Positions 53,182 to 64,000 of a stretch of 64,000 nt of DNA are shown piece by piece. Every line of letters starts with the position of its first letter. Position 1 is the stretch's first letter. The stretch spans positions 27,404,001 to 27,468,000 of the forward strand of contig NW_026889803.1 in assembly GCF_033153115.1 (NCBI RefSeq), read 5' to 3'. Position numbers and translations under genes: made by a program. This DNA comes from Saccostrea echinata (lineage: Eukaryota). A model generated the notes under the pieces. The model did not search any database. It was not told the origin of the DNA and was given only the letters and a program-made list of their open reading frames with translations.

Positions 53182-56100
53182 ACTATAGGGCACCCGCAAA
53201 TCCTTGCGGGGCCCTAATAATACAAATAGAAAACTGAATTCTTGCTGGAACAGAAATATCAGAATTTGTTTAAATAATCACAAACACAAATGAAATAAAA
53301 ATAAATAAAATCTGTCAACAGTATTCCTTTCGTGTAAAAAAAAAAAGATATTCTATTTTGATGATCAACTGCAGATGACGTTATCGTTGATAATTCCAAG
53401 TTTACATCAGTCATTTAATCAAATGGAAAGATTCAGACTTGAATTATTCATACAACCCTTATTTCTCAGATACATTCAGTCCAAATGATTCAAATCAGTA
53501 CCCCTGACATTACAAGTACCTGTTCCAAACTTTAAGACAATCTTCTGCTTCTATGGTGTATGTGACTTTCTTGATTCCCTCACATTCACTAGGCACCTGA
53601 TAGACAAGTTCTACAGGCTTCTTCTTACGACCTGAAATAATGGAAAAAATTAAAACTGATGCTCAGTTACTTTAATTCAAGAAGGAATAGTTCTCAAAAT
53701 ATAGGAATAACCTGCCTTTAAAATTTAGTTCATAAAAAGGGGGGAAAAATCCAATTAAAATCAGATCCTTTGATCTATGACATAGATCGCTACACAAGGA
53801 TCAAGTTCTCATATCAAAGGATCTGATTTTTATCAAAAGGATTAATTTTGAAGTTGCATGGTTTTCAAAAGAATTGTTACCAATACAATGCATAACATCA
53901 TGAGCTATCAATAAAAATTGTCCTAATCAGGGAAAAATAAAATAAATAGCACAAGTGCTCACAACCTTTACCATATTTATGTCTCCAAAAGAATTTGTAC
54001 CTGTATTTTCAAATCCTTACTTGTATTTGCCAGAGCTCCACTCCACATACCAATCATCCAGGCAAGATGTACAGGAGGAAAAACCATTGGGGTAACTTTG
54101 CAGTCAAAATGCATCTGGAAATGAAAAGAATACATTCAAAACTTGTAACTACTGTAAACCAATTATTATTCGCGACAACTTTTATTTTTGATTTATCAGT
54201 TTGAAACCCATGCTCGAGGATTAATGATCGTGACTGGAAATATATTCTACATAGATACTCAATTAAATTAATAGTTAGCTGTGAGAAATATTCAGGAGTA
54301 AAATATGGTCATAAAACTCATGGATATATCTTGAATGCGAATAAAAATTGGTTAACAGTATTCCCTCTGACCATCTTACATCCAACTTTTTCCATTATGG
54401 GAAAATTTCATGACTTTTGTTTATGGATTAAGAAGTGGATACCAAAACATCCAAACAAATATAAAGCAGAGATGCTTTATCTAAACCATACAAACAAATA
54501 CATGTATAAAGCAGAAATGCTTTATCTCTTGCTTTGACTACTCCCGTTGAAGTCCCAACCCTGAATTTCATATTTGTATAATGTCTGCAGGTATGCATTT
54601 GTCTATGGTGAAATGGTACTCAATAATGTAATAGAAAACATGCTTATAAATGATACTGCAGCTTTCTTAAATACCCTAAAGTGGAAAACGTTCACATTCA
54701 GTCAAAAAATAAAATAGCAAAGTTTAGAATCTAGTAAATTGATTTAACATTATGATAGACATTTCCATACTTAATACTTCTGATTTTTACTAAAAACACC
54801 AACAGTTTACTGTATGAAGGAAAATGTTCTACCTGGAGCCAGGTGATAAGGACATCAGTGAGGGCTACAGTAGATTTCACAAGGAGTACAGGGTAGTAGG
54901 TAAAATGGTCCTTCACATCTGGACCCAGCTGTTCCCCCTCCATCTCCACCCCACAGAGTGTGGCTGTCAGCAGGACGGTGTCTGTAGTACCTTCAACAGT
55001 GACCACCACCAGAGGTATATGTCAATATTTACTTAATATACAGCGACCAGCCAATTCAAGAGGTAAAAAACACATCACGCAAAACTAATCAATATAATGT
55101 TTTTAAAAGTAAACATGATAAAATGAAGCATATAATTTAAGAAGAATTGCTCAAAAGGACCACCATTACACTATCTTAATAATGCTCAGTGTTCCAAACT
55201 AAGATTCAGAAAATAATTTATGACATCAAAGGAAATGAGAAAGTTTAATTTAATGAAAAATTTAAATATATAATTTCTGTTCAGAATAACATCTTTGTAT
55301 TTACTGTAAGCCATGTTAACTGATATGTCAGATAGAGACTGCAAAGTCCTTTTTCTTAAAAGGATCTAACATTTACTATTAACTTTACCACACCCATGTA
55401 AATCAATTCCAATAAAAAAAAAATCAATCCCATAAGTAACATGTTAAAGACAATGGTAAATAATAACTGGGAAAAAGGTGAAAAATCAATTCAAAAAATG
55501 AAGGAGGGTGTGACAATCTAAGCACAGGAGTCTGAAGTTTTTATTGTTAAAAAAATATATATTGGGAAAAAAATTCCATCCTTACCAAGTGGAGGGGTAG
55601 TAGAGAGTGAAATATTTTTTTGCAGTATTTTTCTAAAAATAAAAACTTCAGACTCCTGTGATCTGAGTAATATACAGCCTATAAAATACCAAACAGTAAC
55701 AATCAGTTTGATTATGGTTACCTTTTCTTTTAATAAACGACTTCTTTTAATATTATTGTGTTCTTTCAGTATTTACCTGCACTCCTCTTTCCTTTTATCA
55801 AAATTTGTACAGCATCAGGGTCATCTGTAAGAATTTTTTTTTTCTTTTTGGTAAGTATGGAAAATGTGCATTACATGTAAAATCAAAATTCATTTCCTCA
55901 TTTTGATAACAACCACATCACTCTCCAAATCTAAAAATATTGTACAATAATGTTTAATAACACAATGCAAAGTACATATAACTTGTTGAAATAAAGTTTT
56001 CAATCTAAAACCAAAATTCATACATTCACTCTTTTTCAGTCCGTCTTGGATACAGAACAGTGCCTTTCCAGAGATATTGTTCTCCACAAACATTCCCTTC

Positions 56101-57684
56101 TGACTGGCCTGAAAGTGAAGTAGATAGACTTCATCTAATATGTAACATACTGGAAATGCATTTCTACATGAACAAACGTGAAAGTTGCTATGTTATAAGG
56201 TCAGCACAATTCATGTGTATACACTGTATCAACAGGGCTAATTAGCCTGTCAACAAGTCTGATAAACCAGAAAAACTTAAAGCATTGACTGTTGATCACA
56301 TTGAGAAAACCATATCTACATGTATAAATAATAGACCATATGCATGTACAAAACATGGATACAATTATAATGATTAGTAGACCCAATGATGTCATTAGAT
56401 ACATGTATGTAACTTGGTTGAGACTGATAAAACTAAACAAACGAATAGAAAGTAAAGAAGCTTCTCACCGCTACTACACAGGAAGACAAAAGCTGGCCAT
56501 ATCGCTTAAGGTCTTTTGAGGAGCTGCTGAACTTGTACAGGGGAGATAACTTGAACACTCTCCATGTTTTGTTGGTGAACCCTGTTAAGATAATTAGTAC
56601 AGGTACTAAATAAGAAATCATTGTAATATATATTTTCAAATAGATGGCATAATATTATTATATATTGTATACAGTCAGGGGCATGACTTTTGAAATTACT
56701 TTTCTAAATAATTAAATCATATTATTATGAATTATCTATCCTTGACTGTATTTTGCTCTACGAACTTGTTGTTAACCTACTGGTATCTGAACAGCTTTAT
56801 ACTGAACCATTCACAAAATTCTAGAAAATTATTCAGTCTTAGAAAAATTACAAGAATGTGTGTAATTGACCATTGAAATGTTCATAAAATACAAATAACA
56901 CTCTATTCAAAGAATATCATCTTTACTGTTTAGGAAATGAAGTCTGTCATCTGAAATACATGCAACTCCCTTAAACTAATATCATCATGCCTCATATAGG
57001 ATTAGTTTCAGCAGAAAATTTTAAATTTTGATGTTTTGATAAAGAAGAAGTTCTGGTTTTTAAGAATAACTCTTATGGATGATTTCTTTGCTTCTTCACA
57101 AATACATGTCAGTCAAATAACTTCAGTGAGTTAAAAATAACTTGCTTCCATTACCCCCCTGACTGACATATATTTGGAAATTTGGTGTTTCAAACCTTTG
57201 AACTCTCCCGATTCAGCAACACTCTCAGATTGGGTTTTTGATTTTGCTCTGACTGTTTTCCTTTTGCCTAGAACAAATTATTTCTACATTAAACATCTTT
57301 TCAAAGGAAAGTGTGCAGATATTTGCAAGTTTTTTGGCTCTGTTTTATTCATTCTATAAATATCTGCATTAATTACTCAATAATTGCTTAATATAATTGA
57401 AATGAAGAAAAATATATACTAGGTCAACTAGATATAATTAATGTAAAAAAATTAGCTCAAAATACTGAAATAAAACAGAATTCATGAGGACATCCAAAGG
57501 ACACTGCTGATATTCTTTAACCTTGAGTGGATGGTAATACTGTTGCAATCCTCCGACTCTGTGGGGTTCTCCCGTAAGGGGTAAACCTCTTTGGAGTGAA
57601 CCTCTGTGACAACCTTGACTTCAATGTATTGCCAAACTGTGGTGTGGTGTAGTTTTCTGATGAGCGCTTCTGTTGTGTAGCCAT
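50046..57684 (-). CDS. CENPL: Centromere protein L, ~360 aa, 11 coding exons
   Basis: Exons 57684-57522, 57267-57196, 56581-56469, 56108-56030 (or 56024), 55824-55777, 54990-54833, 54114-54021, 53631-53520, 51979-51877, 51290-51228 and 50123-50046 join in frame. Motifs KTWRVFKLSPLYKF, DPDAVQI, TWLQMHFDCKVTPM, LAWMIGMW, EEEMTTFLSCLEEHFYSLFRIKL, VGTSLCYIGREGLLKI and LRHLTELSI parallel vertebrate CENP-L. Confidence 0.88.
50470..50936. mobile_element. Non-autonomous TIR element with 6-bp TSD, in CENPL intron
   Basis: Perfect 15-bp TIR CAGACTTGTCGAAAT/ATTTCGACAAGTCTG, flanked on both sides by ACAGTA. A diverged partial copy lies at ~1477-1690 in the RPL13 intron. Confidence 0.85.
52071..53220 (+). 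mobile_element. Helitron/HINE-type element with (GACA)n and 3' hairpin, in CENPL intron
   Basis: Start AACTAGAAATCTGACC...AAGGGCCCCGC, two diverged internal repeats (~52215-52560 and ~52570-52940), (GACA)n at 53143-53173, and hairpin TAGGGCACCCGCAAATCCTTGCGGGGCCCTA. Confidence 0.7.
54150..54360. mobile_element. TA-flanked MITE (TACTGTA...ACAGTA)
   Basis: 25-bp TIR with 3 mismatches: TACTGTAAACCAATTATTATTCGCG / TGCGAATAAAAATTGGTTAACAGTA. A similar type lies at 50257-50469. Confidence 0.75.
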
Positions 57685-60622
57685 TATTTTACCTAAAGGC
57701 AAAAAAAAAGAAAAAGAAAAAAAACTCTGTTTAGTTATCGGGTCTGTTCACATAGAATATTGGTACATGTTCAACTGGGAAATGCTTGCTCAGGGTCCCT
57801 TCGTTCCAGTATTGCATAGTATAACTGGGAAGCAAACATAATTAGATTAATTAGATTAGTAGTTCGAATTTTCTCGAATGTCTCCCAGGTGTCGCAGTGC
57901 GAGCAGCTCTGCGCTGCTCGCTTTTACATCACATTTGGGAGATTTGTCCCAACCTGATTAAAGGAGGCCTAGGGGCATAGAGTCCATTTTCATCCATCAA
58001 TACTTCTTACCTTGAATGGAACTTTGATATGAAGTTGATATGAAATGATGCATGATGAAGTTGAGGAATTTCAACAAATTGAGTTCAGAGAAAACATTCC
58101 CACCGAGGGCCGAAATTTCAAGTATAAAACAGCTCTTTAAAGAAACTTTTTACTTACTCGTAAAAGAATTTACTTACAATGAATAGCTGCTAACATACAA
58201 TTTCATTGCTTTAGATGGATCGTTCTTCGAAACTACCGCCATAATGTATAAGCGGAAATGCTGATTGAAAGGCTATTAGAAAGAGCTTTCATGAACGACA
58301 ACGTTTTTCCGGTGCTTTTACTAAACTGTTTCATCTTACTGTATAAATAAAAAGAATACTTCCTTTTAAAAAATGATAGTATCACATTGTACTATATGTG
58401 GACCGTCAAATTAACATTAAATTCAAAGAATTGGAGATATCTTTAACTATTGATAATATCATCCATTCAATATTATTTTACTGTTGCGCAACTTTTTGAT
58501 GAATTTTATCACGGAAAAGTAGCAAATATCCAAATAAATGGGACAACGTGTCAAACTAAATGTATGCTTGTAAATAGACACATTTGAAATGCGAGTACTT
58601 TATTTCTTATCATTTGAGCTTTAGTTGGTTAGTTAATTGATTATATGGATTATATGTACACTTTTAATTAATGATAAACATTCGTTGTAACACGTTTCCC
58701 CTGCAAGTGAATAAATTCAGCCACGTTATCATTCCATAAAACAGTCATACAAGTACTGCATGTCTATTTACTTAAAAAATAAAATGAAAATAAAAATAAG
58801 AAAAGAAAAAAAAATAAATTTAATGCGGCATGCTGATAATTTATATCTCTGAAGCAATGTGATTTTTAATTCAATTACATTCGTGTTCTGCAAGTTATTT
58901 CCACTCTCCTTCTGTTCTTCTCTTGTAATGGAAACTGTTAAGAAGTTTTAACTGCCACTTGAAGGGGTGAATGGAGGTTTACAAATGTTGGAATCATAGA
59001 AAATGTGGTAATAAGATACATAAGCAAACATGACTGAAAAAGTTTGTTTTAAAAAATATTTAAGTTGCAACAAAATTTCTGTCGTAGAGTATCGGTTGCA
59101 GGGGTTTTTTAAGGTCTTAAAATCAAGGGACTGGACCTTTCCATTTGGGAAAAAAATAGCGTCATTTAGTTAAAATAGGGAAATATCATAAATCACATTT
59201 TTCGAGATAAATTCAAATAGGAGCCATTTTTTGGATTTGAAAAGCATTTATTGACTAATTTACATTCAATAAATCTTTATTGAAAATCAGCTTCACTTAA
59301 TTGTTTGCTGTTCTGAAGTTTTATTTAATTTAAGTTTAATTTTTTTTCTATTATATTTAGAATAACATTAATGTCATGTTTCGAATTGTCTTTTGGGAAT
59401 TTTCTGCAATGAAATTGGGAAAAACACACACTTTTTACCATTGGGAATGGAGCCTATTACAGGCCCCCTACGACCCCTAAAAAAATCCTGAAGTAGCAAG
59501 TGTAATGCGAAAGTTGAACTTAAGGAAGCTCTAAACACTAATATTCAAATGTTTTTTGGACTTTGAGACAAATATATCATAAAAAAGTGCTCATATTGAG
59601 TGTATCTAGTTCATTTTCACTATAGATTATCTGCCTTATTTCTTCAGGAAAAATGTTGAAAGGCAATGAACGATTTGTAATCAGAAATCACTCACACTGG
59701 GAAAATTAATGAAAATAATGTATTCAATTACTAAATCTCCGTGTTATATAACGTTAAGAATACTTTAATTAATTACAAATTGTGTCATTAACTATAGATT
59801 CCCATTTATTCTATTTTTCTTCTAAAGGCAGATGTCACTCCATCTGAATAAAACTACCCTACAAACAGAACTCTTTGGTGTGCAGTGTTTATAGCTTCCT
59901 TAAATTCAAGTACATATACTAGTAGTTTGATCTGCCCTTTGATGTTAAGTGGAATAAACGAAAATTTTCATCTAATGACGTAACTTGAAATCGAGTAAAG
60001 TATTCGTAACACTATATAACAACAAAATTTAAGTAATTGAAAACATTATTTTCATGTATTTTCCAAATGTAAGTAAACGACAGTGATTTCTAAGTGTTAT
60101 CTATCACTTCAATACTTTTGATCATTTCTCCTAGAGAAATATGGCAGGTAACCTATTTTGACATAAGGGCAACATGTACACCATTTTCTAGAAATCTAAA
60201 AAAAAAAAAAAAAAAAAAATAGTGTTTATGGTAAGGTTAAATTATTTTTTCTTCTTCACAATACATGTATCAGTAGCACATTGCACAATCTTTGCATAAT
60301 TTGATTTACAATCCCTTATAATAAAGTTAACAATTTATTGACACAATCTTTGACGGAGGGAAAGGCGGAATTAATTATTCCGTTTGGTGTCTGTTTCATT
60401 ATTAAGTTGACCGGAACTTGTTTACTTAAATATTATTGTGCAAAATATATTCCTTATCTAAAATATATTTTGAAACTGATTACTTATTCTTTATGAAGTA
60501 AAAATAAAGTTAAAAAAACAAAAACAACATTTATACTTAACAATAGGTTTAATTAAGTTCTTTATGTCCAGCGCCAAATACTGCTTTCGGAGCGATAACG
60601 TGTAAAAGGAACTTCCTCCAAG

Positions 60623-61009
60623 ATGGATTCCAATGAGCGACGTGTAATGAGAGTCGTAATGATGCTGAGGTTGACAGTGTTTATCGCATTTGTTTTTCAA
60701 GTGAATGGACAAGGTGTAGGTGTTAGGAATGTTCCAACTGTCTCATATAAACAACAAGACATGAAATTACAAGACGGCAAGCTGGGACAACCTGTTGTTC
60801 ATCATCAACAGGGACTCGACCCTGGAAAAGAGAATATGCAACAGAAGCATGGAGCAGGTGGAACAGGGAGACAGCTTGGTGCTGGGAAACCAGCAGCTTT
60901 CAGACTTTCAGAGAGCAGGGAATGTGCAGATGATATTGTTAAGCACTGTAACCCTAAAATATACAAAAATAATTTCGCCATTCTGGATTGCTTACAGAAT
61001 GACATTAAG
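60623..61009 (+). CDS. GLG1: Golgi apparatus protein 1 (cysteine-rich FGF receptor/ESL-1), first exon only; gene presumably continues downstream
   Basis: Signal peptide (MLRLTVFIAFVFQVNG), Q/G-rich spacer, then RLSESRECADDIVKHC...NNFAILDCLQ matching the first GLG1 Cys-rich repeat. Donor AAG|GTACCT after 61009. Confidence 0.85.
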
Positions 61010-61044
61010 GTACCTGCATCTTTGCATTATCTAAATTTGTTTTA

Positions 61045-61957
61045 ATATGTTGACGGTGCGACCGTTGGGGCGAGCGCATTTTTCACTTAATTTTAAGATC
61101 CGCCTCTTCAAACCGCACGAGACATTTGCAACGTCTAAACTGTGACGTCACATGACGTCGTATGTTAGCTGCATTTCCATAAACGAAGTTTGAAAAAGTG
61201 CTAAAATTTTAACAAAAAACGTTTAATCTACTATCTGTTTGCAATATCCATTAAATTAAGGTGAGTTTATTTTTTGTGAATTTTTAGTTGTTGTTAGCGC
61301 GCGAACGAAGTTAGCAGCGAGAACAAGAAGCGATGCATTGTGGGTCCAGAATTACTGCGGAAAAAAATTCTATTGAATGAATGTGCAGTAGTCTAAATTT
61401 TCTCTTCGCCGAGGTGTTGTCGTTAGAGCTCGCAGTGACGAGCTTTGCCGCACTTTGTGCCGCTCACTGCACTCGCTATGAGTATAGAAGACAGTAATAA
61501 ACATATGTTGACGGTGCGACCGTTAGGGCGAGGGCAGATGATTTACATCATCTGTTCAAACTGCACGTGTCAATTTGGTACGTCTAGACTCTGAGGTCAC
61601 ATGACGTTGTATGTAAGTTGCAAAAACAAATCTTAGCCTGAACAGCGTTAGTTTTTATGAAGAATGTTTAATGTACTGTTTTTTCTGCAATATCCATTTA
61701 ATAAATCAATGTAATTTTATTTTTTGTTGAACTATTCAACTTTTGTTGCTACCGTGAGAACGTAGTTTGCGGCGAGATGCAATTTGCAAAGCATTATGGG
61801 ACCACAGGTTAATGCAGAAAAAAATTCGTTGAAATCAATGTGCACAGTTTGAACTTTCTCTTCGCCCAGGCATTGCTTTAAGAGCTTGCAGTGATGAGCG
61901 ATGCTTTGCGCCACTTGCTGCGCTCGTTATAACGTAACAATAATAGCATATGGTGAC
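61045..61957. repeat. Tandem duplication of a CpG-rich ~455-bp unit in GLG1 intron 1
   Basis: ATATGTTGACGGTGCGACCGTT at 61045 and 61503, with collinear similarity throughout. A third start, ATATGGTGAC, occurs at 61948. Confidence 0.85.
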
Positions 61958-64000
61958 TACAAGGATAAAAAATGTCAGTGTAAAATATAACTTTTTTTTC
62001 GGGGGGGGGGCTACAATTCCTGGTGCAGGAATTAGTAACTCCCGCAAAAATCTTGGCTCAAATCATAATTTTGTGAATATACATGTATTTCATTTGCATT
62101 TCATACCTGAACTCAAAAAAATGTAGCCATGCAGACTATAATATATAAATTAATCCAAATCAACTGTCAACCATATTTACTGACCTGATTTATTTATTTT
62201 GGAATATCTGGTTAGAATTTGGGAAGGGATCTTTTAACTAGATATTGGAATCTCTTGTTTGTCAACTTTGCAACTTGAATATGTCCACCTTGTTTACTGA
62301 CCTTCAGGCTTATTTTTTTTTTCTTTGGGACATCAAGATTAGAATTGGGGAATGGATCTTGTAACTGAAAATTAGAATCCATAATTTTAAGCATAAGCAT
62401 TATTTTTGTATGAATTTTGTTTACTTTGAATGCATTGATTAAGTGATCCATACAAAAACAATTGTATATCTACACCAATATTTACTTTATCAAACCTAAT
62501 CTTAATTTCAAGTAAGTCTCAGGAAATCAAGTGAGACATGTCATGCCAAGGACAAAAATAAACATGCTGCTGTATTTTAATCTGCGAATATTGAATAGAG
62601 GGTTAGGTTGTGATCATGAATATATTCTCTCTTATTTGAAGGAAGTTTAACTCAAGAGCAGTTTAATGTTTATTTTGCCAGAAGTCACCCTCAGTAAAAC
62701 AAGAAATTTTGCACCATTATGGGGAGGTCTACATTATTGCAGCTATAAAATGTATTTATCTATAAATTGTGCAGTACCCTAGGTATGGTGTGCAGTATCC
62801 AGTAGTTCACACAGCAGACTTGTAATAGTGTAACATTGTTTTTATTAAATCAAGTGAACTTTTCCAGATGCATGTCAGACATGTCAAAAATTTGAAGCCT
62901 GGCCATCTTACAAGTCACTTGGCCACTGATTGATCAAAATTAGAAAGTCCTGTCGTCAGACTAAGCTTCAATGTTTCACAATTTTGAGAGATGGAAATGA
63001 GCATTTAATTACATGTCTAGGATGACAAAGTTCTCTGTAATTAATTGATGATTTTCTTGAGGAAATATTTTTTAATGCACTTAACTTATTTTCTTACTTG
63101 CATCAAAATTTTGCAAAATTACAGACCATATCATTTTAAGTTTGTTCAATTTGTGGGGTCAAAATAGGGGATCAATGTTGAAAAAACATTTCAAGAACAA
63201 ATGTTCATAGTTAGTCATATTAGTATTATTATAAATATTCTCATGTAGTGTAGATTTAAATTTGTGAAAATTTTGGTCCCAGAGGTTTGGGTGAGGCTTA
63301 GTACAATTGAGGATCAAAGTTTATGTAGGTATATAAAGGAAACATCTTTAAAATTCTAATTCTTAAGATCTGAGCAGGGTCATAGTTAGTCATTTTAAAT
63401 TGGCAGCATATGTCAATGTAGTGTAGATGCAGATATGTTTAATTTTTGGCCCCAGAGGGTTGGGCCACCATATGCGGTTTTATACAGAAAGTATATAATT
63501 TCTGCAAGAAGACCAAGGTTACAGTTTGAAACTTTACATCAAGCTTCAATAAACTGTAATTCTCAGATCTGACAAATTGCACGTTGTCCTTGAACCCAAT
63601 CAATGTTTTTTGTATATATATTGTCACTCATTGTAGACAGTGAAAAAAAATAATAGTTTATAATTAAAATTAGACCTCCATTTTTTCAATGACAGTAATG
63701 TTTTTGCAAGAATGATGCTGCTATTTTATAGTCTTGTACACCTTACCCGAACTATGACATAGATCCTTGTGGTGATTCAGATTCTTTTTTTTTTCAGATA
63801 ATATGAGTCTTAACAAAATACTTGTATTGAATTGTACTGCTTTTGTAATAATTTCTGTGGCAAACTTTGATGATATCATCATGTTCTTGAGTGTAATGAA
63901 AACACCTAAATAATTTATTTTACCAGCAGCTTTTGTGAAACTTTTACTGCTTTAAAGTAATAGTGAGTATTTCATCTTCATTTAGGATATGTAAACCATA

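Overview
AT-rich, intron- and transposon-rich animal genomic DNA. The Helentron-associated elements with 166-bp satellite arrays suggest an oyster-type bivalve (inference). I reconstructed six spliced genes by hand from GT/AG junctions: RPL13 (+, 685-4933), a TMEM70/186/223-like mitochondrial membrane protein (+, ~10874-13056), an N4BP1-like NYN ribonuclease (+, 17697-31546), a ~1197-aa tandem-HAD/choline dehydrogenase fusion (-, 39824-35422), CENP-L (-, 57684-50046) and the first exon of GLG1 (+, 60623-61009). The standout is the fusion gene. It encodes a mitochondrial presequence, two duplicated HAD phosphatase domains (the second with altered catalytic motifs), a second internal presequence-like linker with an MPP-type site ([10 protein letters not shown]), and then a complete choline dehydrogenase. 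This suggests a mitochondrial tandem precursor that couples dephosphorylation (possibly of phosphocholine) to betaine osmolyte synthesis. Other oddities are a 34-bp minisatellite built from a splice donor, a 1454-bp higher-order repeat inside a Helentron satellite array, an inverted pair of Kolobok-like elements carrying tRNA-like relics, a tRNA-derived foldback, CAG...CTG elements with 5-, 6- and 8-bp target-site duplications, and a structured RNA candidate in the CENP-L 5' intron. All homology calls come from recognising motifs by eye; no searches were run.
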